Shown: positions 57,287 through 64,000 of the stretch, piece by piece
Layout: each line of letters opens with the position of its first letter
Position numbering within the stretch: position 1 is the first letter of the stretch
Translations under genes and position numbers: made by a program
Notes under the pieces: generated by a model
Databases searched by the model: none
Told to the model about the DNA's origin: nothing
The model's input: only the letters and a program-made list of their open reading frames with translations
Source of the DNA: Chitinophagales bacterium
GTDB lineage: Bacteria; Bacteroidota; Bacteroidia; Chitinophagales; JADIYW01
Assembly (NCBI GenBank): GCA_023957235.1
Contig: JAMLHI010000009.1
Location: 24,683 to 88,682 of the forward strand
DNA length: 64,000 bases
Direction: 5' to 3'

Positions 57287-58570
57287 TTATTTAAAGTCAT
57301 TGATAGATCTACCCATGAAAGGCATTACGTTTCTAAATCCTATAAAAGATTTTGAAGAGTCTTGATATTCCCAACTTCTAGTGCTTGTCTGTAAAAAGTA
57401 AGCAATATCTTTCCAAGAACCTCCACGTACAACTTTTCTTTTTAAGCTAGACGGGTCACCTTCTTTTGCATCATAACGGATATCAGGGTTCATATCGTGC
57501 ATAAATGCATAAGAATTTTCAGAGAAAGAAGACAATGTCCATTCTGCAACGTTTCCAGCCATATTATACAAACCGTAATCATTCGGCCAATATGATTTAG
57601 CATTTACGGTATAAATACCTCCGTCATCAGCATAAGAGCCACGACCTGGTTTAAAGTTGGCAAGTAAGCAACCTTTTGTATTTCTGATATAAGGACCTCC
57701 CCAAGGATATGGAGACAATTGTTTTCCTCCTCTAGCTGCATATTCCCATTCATGTTCAAATGGCAATCTGAATTCTTCAGGGAAAGCTTCCCCTTGTTTT
57801 TCTTTAAATACAGTCCATAATGAAGTCCTCCAATATGCAAATGCATTAGCTTGTTCCCAAGTAACACCCACTACAGGATAATCATCATAAGCTGGGTGAG
57901 TATAGTATGTTCTAGTCATTGGCTCATTGTAAGAATAAGAGAAATCTCTAATCCATGCTTGCTCGTCTGGCCAAATATTAACTGTTTTTCTCTCAATAAA
58001 AGAAGATCTTGGCTTTCCTTTATTTTCAGCTTTGGCCATTTCTCTCCATTTAACCCATGTATATTCATAGGATAATTTATTAGGATCTAATTCTCTCCTG
58101 CCATATAATCTATTTTCAGGAGTATAAAACAATTCTTCAACTTGCTTAGCATCTTCACCATCAGCAGACCAATCAATAGGATAATCCCAATTAATACGTT
58201 GCTCACCACCTCCATCTTCAGAAGAAATAAGATGTTCACCACCAATTAATTTATGAGCGATAGAGTCTCTCACCCAATCTGTAAATTGACGATATTCATT
58301 ATTAGTGATCTCTGTTTCATCCATAAAAAAGCCTACAATAGAAATTTGCTTATTAGTCGCTTGTAACGAATAAACGATATCCTGATCTGAAGGACCTGTA
58401 TGAAACGTACCTGATGGAACATAGACCATACCATAAGGCATCAATCCAGCATCCCACTTAGGTCTGTCAGTCGCCCCAACTAACTGACCTTCCAGTCCAC
58501 TCTTTTTATTACATCCCACTAACACAAGTAGGAATAGAGCATTCAATAATAATTTCGATTTGTTCATCAT
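57287..58570 (-). CDS. gldK: Gliding motility/T9SS lipoprotein GldK (PorK), FGE-sulfatase fold
   Basis: Lipobox LVG-C, MDETEITNNEY, YPVVGV, EWEYAARGG, NDYGLYNMAGNVAEW, RGGSWKD. Confidence 0.95.
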   Translation of the reverse strand: MMNKSKLLLNALFLLVLVGCNKKSGLEGQLVGATDRPKWDAGLMPYGMVYVPSGTFHTGPSDQDIVYSLQATNKQISIVGFFMDETEITNNEYRQFTDWVRDSIAHKLIGGEHLISSEDGGGEQRINWDYPIDWSADGEDAKQVEELFYTPENRLYGRRELDPNKLSYEYTWVKWREMAKAENKGKPRSSFIERKTVNIWPDEQAWIRDFSYSYNEPMTRTYYTHPAYDDYPVVGVTWEQANAFAYWRTSLWTVFKEKQGEAFPEEFRLPFEHEWEYAARGGKQLSPYPWGGPYIRNTKGCLLANFKPGRGSYADDGGIYTVNAKSYWPNDYGLYNMAGNVAEWTLSSFSENSYAFMHDMNPDIRYDAKEGDPSSLKRKVVRGGSWKDIAYFLQTSTRSWEYQDSSKSFIGFRNVMPFMGRSINDFK

Positions 58571-58681
58571 CGTGTTGTTGCTTTATCTTTCGTTTTGGTT
58601 TCTTTAATAATGAGATAAATTACGAAGTTATAGATTTTTTTAACTCAATATAACTTTATCAAAAAATCTTTAACATATTTT

Positions 58682-59665
58682 TTAGAGATATCTTGGGTGA
58701 TTAACTATTTTACTGCGATTTGAAATGTATTTTTTAGGAATTATGTATTGAAATGACACTTCATGTGAACCGTGATTAACAGATTTCAAAGCATTAAATA
58801 TCATATCAAAGCTATACATAATTTCTAAATTATCTAATATTTGAACTTTTGTTATGAAAAATAACGATTCAAAACTCATTTTATTATATCCTCTAGCTCC
58901 AATTCCCAATGAATATTTTTCTTTATAAGTAGAGGATAAAGATATATCAAGTTGATAATTTACCAAATCTGATTTGAAAAGAAAATTAGGATTGATACTA
59001 AATTTTTCATGAACAGGTACTGAAGCTCCCATACCAATTCCTAAATATCTCCCATTATCTATTCGCAATTCTGATTTCAAACCATTCATTTTTGTTTTAA
59101 AATTGCTCAAATTATCAACAAATGTATGTACATAGAAAATTGGATGGATATATGCTATGCCAAAAGCAATATTTGCTCTGAACCCTGATTCTTTTTTAAG
59201 ACTGAGATTGGGGTCTTCAATGGGTTGATTCATTGATGGTGTGGTCAATTTTGTGCCATCTAAAATAGTTCCTACCATACCAATATTGGCTCCTAAATTC
59301 AATGAACTTTTCTTAATAGGAATAGTATAAGCATAAGATATACTTGCAGACGTATATGATGCTAACCCTAATCTATCATGGGCTATTAATAAACCTCCAC
59401 TACTATTTTTAATAGGTAGTTTCATATCTACACCTGCATAAATCGTCATTGGAGAGCCTTCTATTCCTACCCACTGATACCTATATGAAGCAAATGCTCT
59501 TATACCATCAGATTGCCCCATAAATGCTGGTTGAATCATTTGGGTATGCCATGTAGAAACATGTGTGCTATTCAAATTGACTTGCGCATTGCTTTTCGAA
59601 TAGAAAGCAAAGGAAAGGACTAATAAAAATCCATTGATCCATATATGATGACAACTTACCTTCAT
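58682..59665 (-). CDS. porP: PorP/SprF-family T9SS outer membrane barrel protein
   Basis: YRYQWVGIEGSP, GSHEVSF; directly upstream of gldK. Confidence 0.85.
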   Translation of the reverse strand: MKVSCHHIWINGFLLVLSFAFYSKSNAQVNLNSTHVSTWHTQMIQPAFMGQSDGIRAFASYRYQWVGIEGSPMTIYAGVDMKLPIKNSSGGLLIAHDRLGLASYTSASISYAYTIPIKKSSLNLGANIGMVGTILDGTKLTTPSMNQPIEDPNLSLKKESGFRANIAFGIAYIHPIFYVHTFVDNLSNFKTKMNGLKSELRIDNGRYLGIGMGASVPVHEKFSINPNFLFKSDLVNYQLDISLSSTYKEKYSLGIGARGYNKMSFESLFFITKVQILDNLEIMYSFDMIFNALKSVNHGSHEVSFQYIIPKKYISNRSKIVNHPRYL

Positions 59666-59700
59666 AGATATGCGCTACAATTTAAAGTAAGTTAGACAAA

Positions 59701-60486
59701 TTAATTGATTTTATTTGCCTCTTCTATATATGCTTTTACTGCACTGACCATAGAAGGGTAAATAGGACTAGGTGCTTGAATGTCGATTCGAAGGTCTCTT
59801 TCCTTGGCTGCTTCAGCAGTTGTATTTCCAAATACTGCAATACGCGTTTCTTCTTGGACAAAATCTGGGAAATTTTTAAACAATGAACCTATGCCTGTTG
59901 GGCTAAAGAAAACTAATATATCGTATTTCACATCACTCAAGTCTGACAAATCACTTGCAAGTGTCCTAAACATTACTGCTTCGGCAAAGTCAATATTGGC
60001 ATTGGTCAATAAATCAATAGTCCCTTGATCTCTCACATCAGAACATGGCAAAAGAAATTTTCCATCAGTCTTATCTTTGTGTTTGATTAATACTTCTATC
60101 AATTTAGAAATCTTGCCATCACCAAAAAAGACCTTTCTCTTCCTATATTGGATGTATTTTTGCAAATACAAAGCAATTGCTTCACTTATACAAAAATATT
60201 TAGTGTCCTCAGACACTTTAATTCTCATTTCTTCACACAGCCTAAAATAATGCTCAATAGCATTTTTGCTGGTAAAAATTACAGATGAGTATTGGTCTAT
60301 ATAGATTCTGGATTTCCTAAAATCTTTAGCTACTATACCATCTACATAAATAAATTGTCTGAAATCAACTTTAATACCATACTCATTCACAAGTTCCAAA
60401 AATGGAGACTTTCCATTCTCAGGAGCAGGTTGAGATATTAAAACAGATTTTACTTCTTTCAATGTATTCACTTCCATCTTCATCAT
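59701..60486 (-). CDS. hemD: Uroporphyrinogen-III synthase (HemD family)
   Basis: VLISQP, VIFTSKNAI, FFSPTGI, AVFGNTTA; usual Bacteroidota position upstream of porP. Confidence 0.8.
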   Translation of the reverse strand: MMKMEVNTLKEVKSVLISQPAPENGKSPFLELVNEYGIKVDFRQFIYVDGIVAKDFRKSRIYIDQYSSVIFTSKNAIEHYFRLCEEMRIKVSEDTKYFCISEAIALYLQKYIQYRKRKVFFGDGKISKLIEVLIKHKDKTDGKFLLPCSDVRDQGTIDLLTNANIDFAEAVMFRTLASDLSDLSDVKYDILVFFSPTGIGSLFKNFPDFVQEETRIAVFGNTTAEAAKERDLRIDIQAPSPIYPSMVSAVKAYIEEANKIN

Positions 60487-60505
60487 TCAATCATCCTTTT
60501 TCTTA

Positions 60506-61381
60506 TTATACTTTCAACCAAAAATCTTGAACAATTTTCATCAAAATCAAATAAGGAATGATTTTAAAAGTGCAAAGGTACATAAAAAAATAAATCAAAT
60601 AATCTTTCCATACACCTTTCCATAAAATCATTGCTCGAATAATCGAAAAACCAAAAATAATAGCAATAGGTAGGATAAAAACAAATGTAATAATTTGAGA
60701 ATTAAGATGAAATGAATTGAGATATACGACTAGTATCACTAAAATAAAAGGTAGAATCAACCATGTATTTAAAATAAAATGTTGAGTGAAATATATTTTA
60801 AATTTGTCACTTACTCCGATTATACTCATTGATAAATATTCTAAGAAATATTTTACTGAAAAAAATAAAGTAGTAAAAGCAATTCCCACTATCATTGATT
60901 CAACACTTAAGAATATCTTTTCCCCTAATAAATGGTATAAGAAAAACTGCCCTATCAAAACTAAAGCTATACTCCTAATCAAAAAAACCAACAAAATAGG
61001 AAGAAGCTCAGACACTCTCATATTTCGATAACGCAATTGAAAAACCTTATCATTCAATAGTCCAGAAAAACAGCTGAGATAGAAATCCTTAAATCCAAAC
61101 TTTAAGAATAATAATAAAATGATTATAATAGGAATACCCAAAAGCATCGCAGGAGAACTTCTCTCTTTTTTGAGCTTTTGGACATCCCATATAGTGTTCT
61201 CTCTCACTTTAGCATGATCTATTTTCCCAACAATATCAGAAATCTCAGCATCATGAGAATTTTGAATCAAAAAAGAATCTACAAATTCAGGACTATAGTC
61301 TTTATCCTGAGCATGAGAATAGCTCACTGAAAAAAGAACAAGAAGCAAGTAAAAATACTTTATTTTAGAAAATATTGACAT
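60506..61381 (-). CDS. DUF4271-like membrane protein (likely start ATG 61381)
   Basis: Multi-TM protein ending YFFMYLCTFKIIP; usual neighbour of hemD; the longer ORF-track start overlaps the upstream gene. Confidence 0.7.
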   Translation of the reverse strand: MSIFSKIKYFYLLLVLFSVSYSHAQDKDYSPEFVDSFLIQNSHDAEISDIVGKIDHAKVRENTIWDVQKLKKERSSPAMLLGIPIIIILLLFLKFGFKDFYLSCFSGLLNDKVFQLRYRNMRVSELLPILLVFLIRSIALVLIGQFFLYHLLGEKIFLSVESMIVGIAFTTLFFSVKYFLEYLSMSIIGVSDKFKIYFTQHFILNTWLILPFILVILVVYLNSFHLNSQIITFVFILPIAIIFGFSIIRAMILWKGVWKDYLIYFFMYLCTFKIIPYLILMKIVQDFWLKV

Positions 61382-63119
61382 ACCCAAAATGGATTTTAGA
61401 TGTTCTAAAATCAATCGGATTTGATTGTTGCCTTCCCACTGCATAACTGACTCCAAATATACCTGCTTTTGTTTCAAATGCGACTCCTGCACCCATCCCA
61501 AAAGGGAAATCATTATTAAATTTATCTTCAAGCTGTTTTGACACCCATGCTGCATCAAAAAAAGTATAAAAATAAGAGTTTTGATCAAGAATAAATCTAT
61601 ATTCTAATGTAGCCAATGCAAAATGTTGTGCATATATAGATTCTTCATCAAATCCTCTTAAAACCTTTGAGCCTCCTATTCTATACCATTCATTCTGTAA
61701 AACACCTGAATTAAATTTTGAAGCCCCCTGAAAACCCAATTTGAGCACCTGCCTTTTTGCTATTGGAATATAAGCACTCATCTGAGCTTTAAACTGCATT
61801 TGCATAGATCTTAGTCGGATAGAATCATACAGTGCTTTATACTCTTCGCCCATATTAGTAATCATATTATTAGGCTTAATTTTTCTAGCCCCTATCTGAA
61901 GATTAAGACCCACCTCAATTCCTCTCTTGGGATTAAAAAGGTAATCCAAATTTTCAAAATAGGATTCAATACCATAATGCAGGCCTGAGACATCTTGAAT
62001 ATTTGGCAATTTCAGGTTGCGCTTTAATAGTAATGTATCTATATGTAATACTATAGTCTGAGTGTTTTCTATATAAGCTTTAATGAAATTATTAGCCTTA
62101 GTTCGATAAGGTACGCCTAATGTCCAGTTGAGGTCCAAATATGAAGAATCTCTTTTGTCCAGAACAAAGGTACCCGATGCTCCTATAGAAGATTGTAAAA
62201 TATAAGGATAATTAAACTTTAAGTTGAGTTTCTGAGAGTTGGCTTTCACTCTCTTCCACTCAAAAAATATTTCTTCTCCTCTTTTAAATGCATTTTGAAG
62301 TTGTAATCTAGCTTCTCCTGTAATTAGTAATTTATTTTTCCCATTTTCATTAGTAGGTAATAGTCCAATAATAAAATCAAATTTACTCACCTTCCTTTGT
62401 GCAAGATATACATTCATAGTAGCATAGTTGGAGTGAAATAACACAGTAGAAGCTTTGGCAAACTTGACAAAGGGAAGTTTCTTAAGCAAATTATCACTTT
62501 CATTTAAAAATGATTCTTGGTATAGCATACCCTTTTTCATTCCTAAATATGATTTCAAAAAAGTCTCAGATATTTTACCATTCTCTCTGTTTTTAATACT
62601 ATCAAATGTAATCAATGGGCCTTCTTTTAAATGAGCATGAATTTTGAATTTTGTTTCATCCACTAGCAAACTATCCATAAAAATCTGAGCAAAAGGATAT
62701 CCATTTTCTTGAAGATAATTTAATTGCTTATCTAAAGTTAAAATGGTTTGATTAATTGACAATAACTCTTCCTGTTGATTCTTTCTTTTACTCTTTAAGT
62801 TCAAATCTGGCAAGTTTGCCTCTACAGAATATTTTTGACCGATATATAGTTGAACGTATAAAGAATCTTGCCCTTGCTCCCACAAAGAATCTACAGAAGC
62901 TTCTAAATACATGTCAGCATGAAAATTTTTGACTAATTGATTCAAAAATTCATCACGTTTTTCTTGAGAAGAAAAAATTTGAACATCAGATAATTTATAT
63001 TCTTTTAGATTTTGCTCACTTAAAATTTTTAAAAAATACACATTTTCACTGCATAGGCCAGCAGGCATTCTCAAAAGAGAAAACAAAATTACCCAACAAT
63101 AGAACTTCAATAGTCGCAT
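61365..63119 (-). CDS. Omp85/BamA-TamA-family outer membrane protein (likely start ATG 63119)
   Basis: POTRA-like LQENGYPFAQI, barrel with RIGGSKVLRGFDEES, KIHFGYVNIF C-terminus. Confidence 0.8.
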   Translation of the reverse strand: MRLLKFYCWVILFSLLRMPAGLCSENVYFLKILSEQNLKEYKLSDVQIFSSQEKRDEFLNQLVKNFHADMYLEASVDSLWEQGQDSLYVQLYIGQKYSVEANLPDLNLKSKRKNQQEELLSINQTILTLDKQLNYLQENGYPFAQIFMDSLLVDETKFKIHAHLKEGPLITFDSIKNRENGKISETFLKSYLGMKKGMLYQESFLNESDNLLKKLPFVKFAKASTVLFHSNYATMNVYLAQRKVSKFDFIIGLLPTNENGKNKLLITGEARLQLQNAFKRGEEIFFEWKRVKANSQKLNLKFNYPYILQSSIGASGTFVLDKRDSSYLDLNWTLGVPYRTKANNFIKAYIENTQTIVLHIDTLLLKRNLKLPNIQDVSGLHYGIESYFENLDYLFNPKRGIEVGLNLQIGARKIKPNNMITNMGEEYKALYDSIRLRSMQMQFKAQMSAYIPIAKRQVLKLGFQGASKFNSGVLQNEWYRIGGSKVLRGFDEESIYAQHFALATLEYRFILDQNSYFYTFFDAAWVSKQLEDKFNNDFPFGMGAGVAFETKAGIFGVSYAVGRQQSNPIDFRTSKIHFGYVNIF

Positions 63120-63137
63120 TAAATACTGCTTAATCTG

Positions 63138-63145
63138 TAAATTTG
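63138..63145 (+). promoter_or_regulatory. -7 promoter element of hemW
   Basis: TAAATTTG, 15 nt upstream of ATG 63161, in a 41-nt divergent spacer. Confidence 0.55.
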
Positions 63146-63160
63146 AGATATTTTTGGTAA

Positions 63161-64000
63161 ATGGCTGGCATTTATATTCATATTCCATTCTGTAAGCAAG
63201 CATGTCATTATTGCAATTTTCATTTCTCTACTACATTTGAAAAATATAGAAATCAAATGATTGGTGCAATATGTCAGGAAATATATCTTCAAAAAGATTT
63301 TTTTGGCTCTTCAAAAACGCAGATTCAATCTGTATATTTTGGAGGAGGCACACCTTCACTTCTTAATAATATAGAGCTTCAACAAATATGGAGTGCTTTG
63401 AAAGAGAATTTTGATTTATCCTATTTAAAAGAAGTGACATTAGAAGCCAATCCTGATGATATGGATAAACTTTTTTTTGACATGCTCTCACAATCATCTA
63501 TCAATAGATTAAGTATTGGAGTTCAATCATTTGACAATCTTGATCTAGCCTATCTCAATAGAGTTCATAGTGGGGAAAGTGCCATAGAAGCCATTAGCAA
63601 GGCAATCAACCTGGGGATAGAAAAAATTTCTACTGATTTGATTTTTGGGATTCCTACATCTGGTATCTCTCGATTAGAAAAAGATATTAGAAGGCTCGCC
63701 AATCTGGGAGTTAATCATATTTCTGTCTATGGACTGACAATAGAAAAGAACACCGCTTTAGATCTATTAATTAAAAAGAAAAAATCTATTCCTGTCAATG
63801 AAGAAAAATCTGCTGAAGAGATGGAATGGCTGATGGAGTTCATGCCTTCATTGGGTTATCAGCAATATGAAATTTCCAATTTTGCACTTCCAGGTGAAGA
63901 AGCTATTCATAACAATAGTTATTGGCATAATATTCCTTATTTAGGCATAGGGCCTTCTGCTCATAGCTACAAAGCACCTTATAGAAGCTGGAATATTGCA
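63161..64000 (+). CDS. hemW: Radical SAM heme chaperone HemW (HemN-like), runs off window end; not in ORF track
   Basis: Manual translation MAGIYIHIPFCKQACHYCNFHFSTT...YFGGGTPS...TLEANPDD...LSIGVQSF...YEISNF...YLGIGPSAHS. Confidence 0.93.
   Translation, partial: MAGIYIHIPFCKQACHYCNFHFSTTFEKYRNQMIGAICQEIYLQKDFFGSSKTQIQSVYFGGGTPSLLNNIELQQIWSALKENFDLSYLKEVTLEANPDDMDKLFFDMLSQSSINRLSIGVQSFDNLDLAYLNRVHSGESAIEAISKAINLGIEKISTDLIFGIPTSGISRLEKDIRRLANLGVNHISVYGLTIEKNTALDLLIKKKKSIPVNEEKSAEEMEWLMEFMPSLGYQQYEISNFALPGEEAIHNNSYWHNIPYLGIGPSAHSYKAPYRSWNIA

Noticed and set aside
61382-61588. Long overlap of DUF4271 with the Omp85 gene, and of Omp85 with hemW (63161-63203)
   Set aside because: Artefacts of longest-ORF start choice; ATG 61381 and ATG 63119 remove them.

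Overview
AT-rich Bacteroidota chromosome segment. The phylum call rests on TAnnTTTG promoters, gldKLMN, the bat operon and T9SS C-terminal domains; a Chitinophagales-like lineage is suggested but not proven. Positions 1-23 kb are mostly conserved core: rpoC (partial), rpoB, rplLJAK, nusG, secE, trnW, tuf, four tRNAs, hpf, xerC, rpsU, an acyl-CoA dehydrogenase, comEA, ompA, marC, a TonB-dependent receptor paired with a T9SS-secreted CocE/NonD hydrolase, lysA, iscA and a lipoprotein. Positions 44-64 kb are also core: the moxR-DUF58-batA-batB/C(fused)-batD-batE operon, mce, iscS, gldNMLK-porP, hemD, DUF4271, an Omp85-family gene and hemW (partial). The standout is the ~20 kb block at 23944-43998. 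It is bounded by imperfect ~61-bp direct repeats that duplicate the last codons of batE plus its downstream spacer. It begins with a frameshifted IS1634-family transposase remnant that is absent from the ORF track. It carries a membrane-anchored AraC regulator and a 5,941-aa T9SS cargo protein built from 14 tandem beta-helix/choice-of-anchor-Q-like modules with regularly placed, junction-specific cysteine pairs. All family assignments come from motif recognition by eye; no database searches were run.
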